Shown: one piece after another, positions 35,401 through 47,850 of the stretch | Numbering within the stretch: position 1 is the first letter of the stretch | Layout of the letters: each line of letters opens with the position of its first letter | Source of the DNA: Klebsormidium nitens | Lineage: Eukaryota; Plantae; Klebsormidiophyceae | Direction: 5' to 3' | NCBI GenBank assembly: GCA_000708835.1 | Contig: DF237045.1 | Span: 124,001-188,000, forward strand | DNA: 64,000 bases | The notes under the pieces: generated by a model | What the model was told of the DNA's origin: nothing | The model's database searches: none | What the model saw: the letters and a program-made list of their open reading frames with translations, nothing else | Position numbers and translations under genes: made by a program

Positions 35401-38400
35401 GCGTCACTTTGGTGCCACATGATATAACTAATGAGAGAAACTGCGAAGAAATTAAGAAAGGAACGGACAATACACGAAGTTTCGTTACTTGATTTCATCA
35501 TTCGTTTCAGTCAAGAGAAAAGTCCTACTAGAACATGATGGCTGCAGTACGAAGGGTCACAAAACACCGGTCCGAAAGAACCGGATCTCGACGACCTTGA
35601 GGCGGCAACCCCGTTTCGTGTCGTTTGCTAGCTAGGAGAATTTGCAGTAATATAAACAACGAGGCTAAAGAAAGCCGGCAGGAATGAATAGACGGACCCT
35701 TTTAAGCCTGATAAACAAGACGAAGATTGAATCGGCTGAAAGTTGCGGAGATGATTGGTAAGCTTCTATCCATCCAGCGTCCGAACCCCGTTTCTCACCT
35801 GATGATGAACAAACCGCCCGGCGCGAGAACCCTCCGGACGTCCGCCAGAAAGTCTCCAAGTCGTTCCTGGGGCAAATGGTGCAGCCCCATCATGACCGTT
35901 ACCAGGTCCACGCTGCCCGGCGGTAACGGTAGCTCCGGACACGTTTGATAGTCATACGCCATGCGCTCGCCCACCGGCCACGGGCGTCCGCGCTCCAGGG
36001 CGTCCGCGGGGAAGCGCGCGCGGTCGTGCGCGACGCACGCGCGGCCGCGCATGCCGAGCGCGCGCCGGAGGCCGACGACGTGGCGGCCGGCGTCGCCCAG
36101 GGTTAGCAGGGTTTGGAGGCGGCCGCCGAAGCCGAGGAGGGAGACGCACGTGGCCATCTGAAAGAGAAGAAAGCGAAGTCGATGAGGAATCCGCAATTCT
36201 TGCTAATTCTTCAACGTACTACTTTCCGGAGAAGTATCGTTTGTCCGTCCTTTTCGTTGATCCCTTCGCCCTCCCCTTTGTCATTGGTCTCAACGCTTCA
36301 AGCACTGAGAAGACGTCTTTCGGGCAACCGGGAAGAGTCCATTCTACGTAGCGCTGGCCAAAATTAGTTTGGGCGATTCGAATTAGTTTGGGCGAATCGA
36401 ACTGTCGCTAACGACAAACAGATTTGCTTCCTCCGGTTGCCTCTCTCCGTCGAAGGTGCAAAGCTAAGATACTCCCTCGACGCACTCTCAACAACGTAGT
36501 CTACGCCCTTGCGTAACAACTCTGGCATGTCAATGCCAAGAGGGCTCCTTTCCCACATGAGACCCTTCTGTCATGATTCTGAAGAGCTTTGAAGTGACAA
36601 TCGTACTCAATTGAAGTCTGGAAGGTTAAAGAAAAAAGCGACCGCACCGAGGATGGAGTATCGATTGATAAGGCACCTCCGGCACGCGTCAGCGAGATTG
36701 GTGCGCATAGCCGATGCTTCGTTTTGGTGATTGTCACCGCGGATAAAACCGGACGCCCAAAATTGGCGCCAAAGCCGTCCGAGAAGAATTACTCCTGCTT
36801 CACACTATCAACACAATTGACGCATTCGGGCAGCTTTGTGAAGTGTGAGGCGAAATACTCAAAAACACTGTCATACAAGCGCATGTCTAGCAAAAGAGAA
36901 CGGATACTACAAAGCCCAGTTAAAGCGAAGGAACAAAGAAGCAAGTACCTGCTCCACGAGGTCGGCCTTTTGCAGGATCAGTTGCTTCAGCGTCAGCAGC
37001 TGCGACCCAAACTTGTGCATCGGATGCCGCTCGTCTAGGATCCGCTGCAAGTCCGCGAAGACCTAGACGGAACCGGAATCAGACACGTGTCAGAGTAGCC
37101 GCCCGACAAGCTTACAAGTGCGTCTCTAGAAGAGTGAGGTCGTCAACTATAGCTTCTGACTTCATGAAGAGAATCGATGTGATCGGGAAATCAAGACATT
37201 TTTCTAGCATGACTATGAGTAGAAACCGGTCGTTTCAGTACATGGGTACGTTCAAGCAAAAGAATCTTGGACGGAGCAGATATAGAACATATCAGAACGC
37301 GGCTTTCCATCATGAAAGCTCTGTAGAACAGCGGGTCTTGCTTACTGTGGAAAGCTATGTCCTTCTTACCTGGCTGTCGTCCTTGTCGTGCGGACCCATA
37401 GCCGCTTGGCACACGTACGAATACATCGCGTCCGGGCTCTCCACGTGGAACACGTGGCGCAGGAACAGCTGCAGGCGCGCGCGCAGCGCGTCGCTCGCGA
37501 GCACCGCCCGGTACGAGTTCGTCCGGTGCTCGGACACCGTTTCGATCGGGACCGAGGGATCCCCCCGGGCGCAACTAGGGGCGGCAGAAAAGTCGCCGGA
37601 AGAAGGCGCGGATAAAGATGGGCAGCTCCGAGTCTGCGTCGAGCTATCGGTGTTACCTAAGTGATTGGTGACACCGACTATGTTGCTGACGTCAATACAA
37701 TTGGGCAGGACGGAAGTTGGTGACGTGGCCTGGCGGGCGACGCTGACGTACTCCTTGCCGTATGTGGTGAACCTGTAAAGACCGGAAGAGTCAATTTTGG
37801 CTCTCTTGTGTTCAGGTTGATTTTTGCTGACCAAGGAACAATCTCAGAGCACTCGAAGAACAGCAAACGTATGCCAGTAACAAGGAAACAATACACGTGT
37901 CTTAGGGCAAATCTTAGAAATTCAGTTGGGCTTGAGTCCGATGGAGCCGACGGAGTCCGAGGGGATGATATCAGTCTAAAAGCTCGTTCATCTTGTCCAC
38001 GGACTGCCGCAAGAAACGCAGGGATACCATACTGAGTACGTTGCAAGGAAAGAACTTCTCACTTTAAGGCTTCAGGCACAGAAAGAATCCCGCAGAGCAT
38101 GAGTACTTAAAGTTGTTGCAACAGCCCATGTGCTCAAAGACTTGTGCACAATACGAAAGAGCCCATAAAGATTTGTATTAAAAGGATCTCAACAGCCGAC
38201 TCAAACGAGGGGCAAAGGTATCCACTCAACGACCGGGTCACCCCCAGCTCCCTTGATAGGTGACGGGACGAAGTACTGGTTTTGATACAACTTAACTTCT
38301 TCCATAGAAAGGAAAACGAAGGCAGTCGAGGGAAGCCTTACCAGACGTTGGAGAAGATGTTGTCCGGATCGTACTTGGCCTTGAGCCGGAAGAACTCGCC

Positions 38401-41400
38401 GATGTTGGGGTACGCTGTCCGCAGCTCCTCGGGCGAGTAGTGCGGACGGTACGGCAGGTAGAAGGTGCCTGAACCCGAAATTGGGCTTAGGGTTCCGTCT
38501 TTTTTGACAAAGCGATGAACGTTTCCAAACTTTTTCTCTCGGTTCCAACAAAATCAGGTGCCACACCTTACGAACTCCAGAGGTCGTCCGTCGTGAGAGA
38601 CTTTCCAGCTCCCAAAGGGAAGACGAGAGAACCCTTTTCGAGCACCCCCAACTCGCACTTACGCAACTCAGTAGGTGCGAGATTGACGGAATTCGACGTT
38701 ATATGACACTCTCCGCCTTTTGTGGTGGCTATCGAGCACTCCGTTGAAAACAACATCTTGGGTGGAGGTGAAGGGGCCCGAGCTTTTGACAAGCATCGTA
38801 ACCCACGGATGGCTAGAATAACTAGGCACAAAGAAAAAGAAAGCGAAGAATAGACAAGTGTGTCGTGACCGGATACCCACCTCCGAGGCGCAGCGCAGTC
38901 TATCAATGTGAACAAAAGCCTTTTTGCTTGGATCTTGCGTCATCCCTCCGACGCTCGAGTGAGATCTCAGCACCACACTCTTCTAGGTCCTCAAACGAGG
39001 AAGCTTCAAAGAAGACAGTAGCCTTTTGGGAAGGAATGGCTAGAAGCGAGACGAGCCCTGTCCGGGAACCCACCCTCGAGGCGCAGCGTGGCGTCCACGA
39101 GTGCCCGGTGGACTGCCCCGAGCGCCGCGTCTCCCTCCGGCGTGCACGGGAGGCGGAAGTAGAGCACGAACGCGAAGCTGGGGCAGCGGGCGTAGCGCAG
39201 GAATGTGGTGGTATCGGGTTGGAGATACCTGGGGAGATAGAAGGAGTCAGATTAGGAGCCCACAAAGAGCACTCATGCATCAAAGAATAGAGCACGAAGG
39301 CGAAGCTGGGGAACCGGGTGTAGAAGGAACGTCGTGATATCGGGTTGGAGATACCTGCCGGAGATATAAGATTGCCGCAGGAGCCAAGAAAGAGCACTCA
39401 TTGGAAAGTTTAGAGCACGAAAGCGAAGCTGGGGAACCGGGCGTGGCGCACAAACGTCGTGGTATTGGCTTGAGGATACCTGCCGGAGATATAAGATTAA
39501 CGCAGGAGCCAAGAAAGAGCACTCATTGGAAAGTGTAGAGCACAAAAGCGAAGCTGGGGCACCGAGCGTAACGCAGGAATGTGGTGGTCTTTGATTGGAC
39601 TTGCCTAAAGGGCCAAGATGGGGGATGCGATGTGTCTTTCTTCGTTGTTTTTGTTGTTTGTCTTGTATCTGAGCCGCTGCGCACATTGTGGGCCGCGATC
39701 ATGCGGTAGAAGAGATGAGCTTTAGAGATTGAGGACTACAAACGCCAAGGAAGAAGTTGGTGCATAGAATGAGCAAATTTGGAGGGATGCTAAGGGGGCG
39801 GCGGGACTTTGACTGGAGACATCATGGGAGCAGAGCCCCGGAACTGAGAAAGAGACTTTCAGGGCGCGAACTTCGAACCGTGAAAGATTCCATCATCTTC
39901 GAATGAAGCGCTGGGAAAGTTCTCAAAGGTACGACTAAGGCATCTCGCAAAAGGAGGACCTATTTTGAACGTTGAGTGTCTCCTCTTCTCCTACTCAGAT
40001 AATTTTTGACAAGCTTTGATGCAAATAACCTCTGGTCAACAAGCCTTCCGACCTACCTGTTGCACAACGAGAGAGTTTGTAATACTCACAAATCAGAAAA
40101 TGTCGAAAACGAACGTCTTCTGTGTACTTTCGCATGAAGCGAGATGCTTGCCTGATGGTGATGTTGAGCAGCTTGATATCGCAGTGTGCGTCGCTCAGAA
40201 TGCCCGTCGCGGCCTCCATCCAGTCGGCGAATCGATGGTGCGGGACGAAGTATTCCTGGAAGGCAGGTTTGCAACTCTCAGATGCTGAACGGCTGACCCG
40301 ATTTGCTACAGATACCGTTAAATTGACTTGAGAAGAGGCGAATAAGAGGCGCGCAGAATTGGAGCAGTACTAAGGTGAGTCAAAGGGCTGAAACCATCTC
40401 CGTCATGTTGCTCGTTGCTTGCAGCGTCAATTTCATTGAGAGCCCCAGGACGCCGAGTAATTCCCAATGACGAGACTCCTGCCAAGCCAAAGCTGTTCAG
40501 TTTATCAAACGAAGTTACGACAACCCCTCTTATGTAAGTACCCGCAGCAATAATGGTAAAAGCTGTCCACGAAAGCAAAGGAAATTTTTCCTTCCTGGAC
40601 GATTGCGGTTACCAGCATGGTTACGAGTACGGTTCCGAGCATGGTTACGAGCATGACTACGAGCACGGATACGAGCATATTTACGAGCACGGTTACGAGA
40701 ACGAATACGACCATGGTTACGAGCATTGTTAGAACTTAACCTTTCCACTTTACCTGAAGAACGTGCGTCTGGTTGAGCCGCACGAGGGGCGCCACGAGGT
40801 GCGCGAGCGGGTACGCGCTCTCGTACAGGATGCAGTTCCGGTCGACCTCCCGCTGCCAGTCGAGCGGAACGCGGAGCAGCCGCTCCAAGGAGAAGCGGAG
40901 CTGCGGGGGAAGCAGGCACGTGGGTCGTTGACGTCAGCTGACGTCGTTTCATGGACGCGGGTCTCCGCTGCGACCGCAGCACAGGAACGACAGTACATCT
41001 ATCGAGGATAACACCCCACGACCTTAACCTCTCCTTACCAAGATCGAAAACCCACATTCATCACGTAACAGACGGTGACAAACCCACTTTACCGTGACTA
41101 GACACCGAGAGCACCAGACTCTTAGTTTTGAGAAACAAAGGAGAGTCCGAACCTTTCATCCCAGGAGCCAAAAACCCGAAAGCTCACGACTCCTGCGTGA
41201 TGCCCACCTTTTGGACGATCCTGAGCGGCAAGAGCCACTTGTAGATAAGAGCGCCGGCAGGGCTCATCTGGCGGGGCCCCTCCGGAAGGTCACTAACCGT
41301 CGGCTGGCCCTGCGAAACCAAAACCTTAACCTTAAGTACAGCTTTTCCGTCGAGCTCGCCACCCTATGATCTTTCAGAAATCAGGTTATGGTGCGCAGTC

Positions 41401-44400
41401 CGATGCCTTGCCGTCGTCCAATTGAATGATTCGAGATGATGACTCATGCTCCGACAATCTGGGAAATGATGGCAAGTCTACGCAAACAGCTGTATCCAAC
41501 TTCTGAAACACTGAAACCCGGAAAGTCTACAGGTTCTTTGAATGCAACTCGTGAACTTTGCATTTCGTTTGGCTGCTAGAGGCCCGGCAGCAGCGGCGAG
41601 ACATTGGAATCGGCAACCGAGGAAGCACTCAAAGAAATTTGACTAACTCAAGTTTAGGACATCTAAGCACAGCGTAGTTCCACGTGCTGACGTCAAGAGC
41701 GATCGATCGATCAAGCAGCCTGCTCGAGCAGGCTGCTTGCACAGATGCTCTTGGATCCAGAGAAAGTTCGACACTCGTGAGGCAGGACCAGAAAGAGAAA
41801 CACCCCGCTGGAGACTCATGATAGCTTACGTGGGAATTTTGCACGGTCAAGTAAGCCGTTCTGCCCCAAGAACTCTACAAAACTGTGCCAGATGAAGTGC
41901 AGACACCTCAGCGTTTACGCCTCATCATTCTTGGAGCCTGAACAAAGCGCGGGAACGCTGGACGAGAATGCTTTACCTTGTTGGAGCGCCTCGAGGTGTA
42001 GAGCGAGATCCGGTCGAACTTGTGCCACGTCAGCTCGACGCGCGCCAGTTTCATCTCCACCGCCGGGTCCGTCAGCAGAGGCCTGCAAAATGCAGCAAAT
42101 TTTCAGCAGAAAATCTACGGAAACCTACTTGACATAAAGTTTAGGAGTTCGAACTCCTCTCGTCGCCGCTCAACAAAATCTTCGCAGTCCGCTGGGCGAC
42201 CACCTGGCGGAATCACTCAATCTATGTCGCCGTTTCGTGCCCCAATCCGTGCTTCCTTAAAAACTGCTGCCAAAGTGAGGGAATTTTGCCTCACAGACAT
42301 TGAAGAAGGTTCAAGGGGTCAATCGTGCAAGGTACACAACACGAGGGATGCTGACTTCACAGGTTATACTGAAATACTGGCAAGCAAAATGCCCCTGACG
42401 TCATGCTCACGTGTACGCGTCGACGAACCGGTGCCGATCCAACGTGAGAGACTCCAGCGCGGTCTTCACGTTCGGCACTACGCGCAGCGTCACCTCCGTC
42501 AGCACGCCAAACAGACCGTAGCCGCCGATCACCTGCGGAAATGGACGGTCCCGATGCTTCTGGATTGACATTGACGGTCGTTGTGTGAGTATAAGGGAGA
42601 AAGGATTGAACGACGGCATGGAGTTGAGAGGAAAAGGATGGAGAAAGCTGGACGTTTCGGACGCTTTTAAGGACTGCTCTTTGGCCTGAAAGGGTGTATT
42701 CTGCTCGGAAGGCCAGATGAAAATGTGCGGGGATGTGAGAATGTTGGCAAAAGGCCAGCGTCTTCAAGGTGAGGAAAGTGGAGGGGAAACCAGTACGTAG
42801 GCGGAATTCGCGCAAACAAGTGTGCCGATGCTTCGCAATGAGTCAGATAAGCGGGCACCTGTTTGCACTTAGAGCAACTGGATTTCCGTGAACGCCTGCG
42901 CACTTTGTCGAACGAGACGTTGCTTGTAGAGTCAGCTTCTGCCAGAAAGAACTGATTAGCGCTTGGTGAAGCGCTCTCCTTCATCATGGCCACGAAAACC
43001 CTGACCAATCCAGCGACGCTGGCAAAGACTCCCCTAAATCCTTCCTGAGAGGGGAGGACCCTCCTGACAAAAAGCTCACCGGAGACAAAGGTCGCTCAGT
43101 CGCTTCTTAAGTGTCCCTTTTTCAAGTGTCCCTCACCAGCGACCCGAGTCAACTAGGTTATCGGATAACCAGTGTCGTTAAAAGGTCAAACCCGGTGCAA
43201 AAAAGTGCGACTTACCAGGAGAGCTTGGCCCAGTTGTGAGGAAAAGGGGTCGGCGTTTTGGTCATAACACACGCTTTTCAAGGAAAAAGGCTTGGCGATT
43301 ACGTCCCCGTTGCGACGTGCTAGAGAAAGAGGTCGGCGTCTAGGTGCCGGTCACTGCTGATCAGCAAGGGAAAAGAGTCGGCAAATGCTTCCCGGTTGCG
43401 GCTTACTAGGAGAATGTGGCTAGGATTTTTCGTCCGGGTTGCATTTTGGTAGGAAGAAGAACCCCGGTTTATTGTCCCGGTTGCGACTTACCAGGGAGAA
43501 CAGCTCGGCGTTCTCGTCCCGACAACAATTGACCACGTGTCCGTTTGCGTCGACGAGCCGCAGCCGCAGAACGGCCTCGTGCATGGCGCAGTCCGCCGTG
43601 ATGCCGTGCGCATTCACACTGATGCTCCCACCCACGGAGAAGGAGCAGTAGGACTGCGAGGTGAACGGGCTCGTCAGGCACAAGCCGCCGAGAAGATGAT
43701 CAATGAAACTCGTGTGTTAATGGAAATCAAAATGTAGTGAGACGAGCGATCCGATGACATTTGGCAATAAAGTTTTGATATATACAAGAGGCCGATGCTC
43801 CATATGTGTACACATCAAGTTTTCGGACTCCAAATTATCCTCACCACGCAGCAAACCAAACCCTCCATTGTAAGGTATGCTGACTTACATCACAGGAGTG
43901 AGGGACTTGGGGTGTTCTCAATCTAACCAGATCAACCAACGAAGCAACACCCACAAGTTACCTGCATGATCATTGGCGACACTCCAAAGTCGTTGAGGTA
44001 CTTGATAAGGTCGCCCCAAGTCGCGCCCGGGCCAACTGACACCGTCTGCGAGGCCGGGTCGTAGCGCATGCTGTTGAGGTACTTGGTGTCAATCAGGAAG
44101 CCGCCCGGCGCCAAGATGTGACCGCCCATCGTGTGGGACTGGCCCCGCATGGAAACCTGGGGACGTTGCGTTTCTGTGTTAGGTGCTAAACTGGAAAGGG
44201 ATGTATCTTACTGATCGGCGAAAAAAGAATTGCCAGAGAATGGTGGTCGACACAAGCGCGTGAACGTGCAAAGTTGGTGGAAAGAAGAAGCAGATCTGTC
44301 CATCTTCTCAAGATCAAATTGAACCTGCACTTTGGTAAGAAACTGCGGTGGAAAACGGCTGAATCAATGGAACACTGAGCAGAATAAAAGAAAGGTGCTT

Positions 44401-45704
44401 TCGGTCCAAACAACGTCCTTGGGACTAAAGCAAACTTCTTTCAGAGCAGCTCTTTAGATGCCTCCCGACTCTGAAATCACTCAAACGAACAACATTTGGT
44501 TCTCTACCTATGAATTGGCGAAGCTGAGCCAGCCATAGAACCGAATGGCAATAGGGACAGATCTGAAACCTAAGTAGAGCCGAACAAGTACAGATGAAAG
44601 AGTGTCATGAAACTTAAGTCTCTAGTTGAACAGTCATCCGCCACAAAACCGCACAGGTTGGATATCACATTCAGCTCATAAGCTCCACAGCAGGGCTCAA
44701 ATCAACACCACTTATCCCTAGACCCTTTGCTTGAACAGTGGCTGTCAAGTCCGAGTTAGTGTCATGTCAGATTCAGATCAACTGCCATCTCGTTTGACGG
44801 CTCTCACCTGACAGCCCTTGAGCTGGGCGGCCCGCACCACCGCTCGCACGTCCTCCTCCGACGCCACCATGAACACCCGCTCCACCTCACACTCGTTCAT
44901 CTGAGTGACGTCATCCACCAAGACCCCGTCCCCTCCCCCTCCCTTCGACGCCTTCCGCCGAAGTCTTTTTGCCGTCAAGGTAACTAAAGTGATTGTAGCC
45001 AGCCCTAGCGTCGGTTTCGAGTAGAATATTGCTTTCAAGGGAGGGAGGTGTGTGATCAAGTGCCCGGTAGAGTACCCCAGGCGCAGAATCCAGTGAAGCC
45101 CGATGCCCAGAACCACAAACCGGGGGATCAGAATCTTTGCCCCAAGCGCCCAGCGAAAGAAGCGCCCAACAGGCCTGGCAACTAGGTTGAGGGATAGAGA
45201 CCCCAGCTTAGAGATGGATTTCCGGATAGTGGGCTGTTGCGTTCCTAGGAACGTGCACAAAACGAGTCCTGAGGAGAGGATTGGCTGAGCAGCCCACAAT
45301 TGAGATGCGTCCAAAAGGAGGCTATTCGCACTGCTAAGGAATGGCGTCAAGGGGTTGAAGGCGGATAGTACATTCGGTGCGATGCCAATTGCCTTTGGAA
45401 GGAAGGGAGAGATTTGGCGGAACAGGTGGGAACCGATTGGGGCAGCTGCCAAAAGCAAAGGGATCGCTGGCAATTGCACCGGCGGGCGCCTCTTTCTAAA
45501 CAACCGCACAAACAGCTGGCGGCCAATGTGGAAAAGCTGGAGAAACAGTCCGCTGATGCTGCGCCAGGCAGGGGGAAGGATCCTCGTCGCCACAAAGCGC
45601 CCCAGTCTAGTTAGCCCGATGAGAGCGAGTGCCAGCGCTAAGGCGGCAATCACTGGGTGGTATGAACAAAACCGCTGCGGTGCGCCAGTGAGAATGCGCT
45701 CCAT
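32486..45704 (-). CDS. ~1,500-aa multidomain protein: hydrophobic N-terminus + VAO/PCMH-type FAD-linked oxidase + class I SAM-dependent methyltransferase-like domain + uncharacterised C-terminal domain
   Basis: 16 phase-consistent exons: 44808-45704, 43962-44156, 43492-43653, 42411-42532, 41977-42082, 41208-41309, 40754-40900, 40152-40255, 39074-39228, 38342-38468, 37370-37772, 36949-37062, 35799-36157, 34371-35064, 33312-~33892, 32486-32768. Oxidase motifs: SMRGQSHTMGGH, VSVGPGATW, SFSVGGSISVNAHG, ELFSLVIGGYGLFGV, LQEYFVP, LLNITIR, GTFYLPY, KYDPDNIFSN. MTase motifs: GSVDLVTVMMGLHHL...DVRRVLAPGGLFIIREHD. Start (45704 vs 46157) and the exon 15 acceptor are uncertain. Confidence 0.82.
33776..33926. 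repeat. Perfect 24-bp inverted repeat flanking the exon 15 acceptor region of the FAD fusion gene
   Basis: tgacgtgacgctgacgtcactctg (33776-33799) is the exact reverse complement of cagagtgacgtcagcgtcacgtca (33903-33926). Confidence 0.9.
38871..38910 (-). repeat. Degenerate intronic copy of the FAD-gene exon 9 donor junction
   Basis: Minus strand ...gactgcgctgcgcctcggag|gtgggtatcc versus functional ...gccacgctgcgcctcgagg|gtgggttccc at 39074. Confidence 0.7.
39159..39600 (-). repeat. Four tandem ~125-bp units of acceptor + exon 9 start of the FAD gene; only the most 3' unit is functional
   Basis: agagcac anchors at 39161, 39289, 39412, 39537; gatacctg (acceptor, plus-strand view) at 39225, 39350, 39475. 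Confidence 0.9.
40611..40730. repeat. Degenerate 12-bp minisatellite (ACGAGCATGGTT) x~10 in an intron
   Basis: Direct reading: accagcatggtt acgagtacggtt ccgagcatggtt acgagcatgact acgagcacggat ... Confidence 0.85.
43200..43510 (-). repeat. Degenerate tandem copies (~85-105 bp period) of the FAD-gene exon 3 donor junction
   Basis: Functional cccggttgcgacttaccagggagaa (43476-43500) is echoed at ~43391 (cccggttgcggcttactaggagaa), ~43306 and ~43207 (gcgacttaccaggagag). Confidence 0.65.
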
Positions 45705-47850
45705 TGTGGCAGAGGTGACTTGGCGGTAGCGGGAGAGAGGGGCTCCAATGATGCCAGCTGGCAGTCTTTCCAGAGCTGAACAAATACGCAGCGGTTGTGC
45801 TTTTGAGCTGTGGCGAGCTGGGATTGCAGGAGACAGAGGCTGATTGACTGTTCTTCCGAATGAACGTCTGGAGCGAGAGAAGGGGTGCGAGAGTGAAGAG
45901 CTATAAGAAACAAAATGCACGCCCCTTCTTGGGTCTGACGTTTTGCCTGGTGCATTGGCTGATGTTCTCTGCAGGGCAGATCTGGGTGGGGTGCGAGGAG
46001 TTGGCCTGCGCTTGAGCTTGGCCCACACGCTTTTCAAGTCCCTCTCGCATTCTGAGACGTTGCTTCTCCGCAGCGCTTGTTCTGAACAAGACAAGAACCC
46101 GGCCATCGTCTGGTTCCCAGTAAGACTCAGAGGCAGGAGCAGGCTGAGGTCCTCCATGCTGATGTCGCTTGAGGGAGTTCTCTTGCAGGATACGCTCCTC
46201 CTCACCAGCTAAAGATGACGGTGAGCGCGAACTGGCAAGAAAATCTCCTTCAAGTTCAAATGATGACGTCCACTGTAGTCGCTTCGTTGAAAGTGACAGC
46301 CGCGGTGGCTTCTCATTGGCAGCTAGGGAACTGGGGGCGTCATCGAAGCACTCCCTCTCCGGCCCGCGCGAGGTGGCAGGCAGGGTTACGACCGTCGCGC
46401 GTTTTCTGTCCTGCAGTGGAGTCAGGCGGATCGAGTCCTGCCGTCCGAGCGCCGTCTTCTGCGCGAGCTTACGTCACCAAATTTGGACCGCGCGTATTCA
46501 AACCTCAAACCGCAAACCAAGGCGCGACACCTCGGTATCGGCCGGCCGGGCGGGCGCGGGCTACGTGTACGGCCCGCGGGCGGGCGCGCGTCCAAAGGGT
46601 CGAGTCCGAGGCAGACGTCAGTAACAAATCCGCCGTTTGAACGATACAACTGACCATCAAGCGTCAGTGAGAATCGGCCCGATTAGTGGGAAACGTTTTT
46701 GGAAGCAACAAAGCAACCTTGAGAAGCTCGCCTTGGCCGTGATTTCGTCGCGGGCGCTTCTTTGAACCGTGAAAGATGGCGCGCTTCAAACACAGCAGCA
46801 TTCAGATGGGACTATACCCAACTCGTTCGAACGTCGGGCGCACAAAGATGTTCAGATGATCGGATTCCCCGACGTTTCATGTACGTTTTAAATCTGTTCT
46901 GCAATGAGTTCTGTGATTTATGTAATCGTGGTTCAGCTCCTTTTCTATCATTTCATTCAAGACTCCATTTAACGAAGACATCGGCGCAGGACAGCGATAA
47001 AGGTACTCTGATCTTTACCCTGGCAAAGCCTTCCAGTTGTGTAGTACTCGGAGACCAGTGGACATCTACATAGGTTGAACTCATCGAATGAATATGGATT
47101 TCTGAAGACTTCGAACCGCTATCTGCGGACTTGAAATGCAAAATGCTGCCCATATGCCGCCGAACGTTTTGTAACAGAAGACGGATCGCAGCACATTGAA
47201 CGTAATAGCAAGGGCTGTGCAGCAATTGCATCCGTTTCTGCCTATTCGGCAACCCCCACAACGCTTAAGCGAATATTGTTCGGGAGAAAAATCCTGCAGT
47301 GACTTTGAACACTGTCAACGTTACGAACGTCTCGAAATTCCGCTAGATATGATAGTTACATTACAGAATTTGTCCGTAACTACTGGCCGCGTGCCTTCGC
47401 TTGATTGAACCATTCAGGGTACCTCCAGAGCACTAAATGTACATCCCGCGCAAGCAAGAGTCTGTATTGTACACTTCACGGTAAAGATTGTACACTACGG
47501 TAAAGATTCGTCATGTCTTCCAAAAATCGCAAGCAGCGTGCTGTATCTAACAACGGCGCAAAGCAGTACGCCGTTTCCTTGTACCGTCCTCCCACTTCGC
47601 ATGCAAGAAGCTACTGACTGCGCGGAAAGAACGACGTGCTGATCTATTAGAGGTGAATTTCAGCTTGCCAAATCCTTGTACCGTCCCTCAATACTCAAAT
47701 TGCATGCAAGAAGTAATACGTATTAGTAATAACTGTCCAAAAAGAATGTCCATAAACTCGATCCCCGCCCACCCACCAAATCGGCTTTCCCAGCGATCCG
47801 TTTTCGCCGAACCAAAGTCAACCTTCCCACGCCCACTTTCCTCAATCCGT

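Noticed and set aside
36364-36740. Possible extra exon of the FAD fusion between exons 12 and 13
   Set aside because: Exons 12 and 13 join in phase with sensible continuity; no convincing splice pair found.
39159-39600. Repeat-spacer-like arrays here and at 50750-51230 and 47851-48130 as possible CRISPR arrays
   Set aside because: Eukaryotic context, no cas genes, the whole unit (not only a short repeat) is duplicated, and the repeat is a copy of the adjacent exon.
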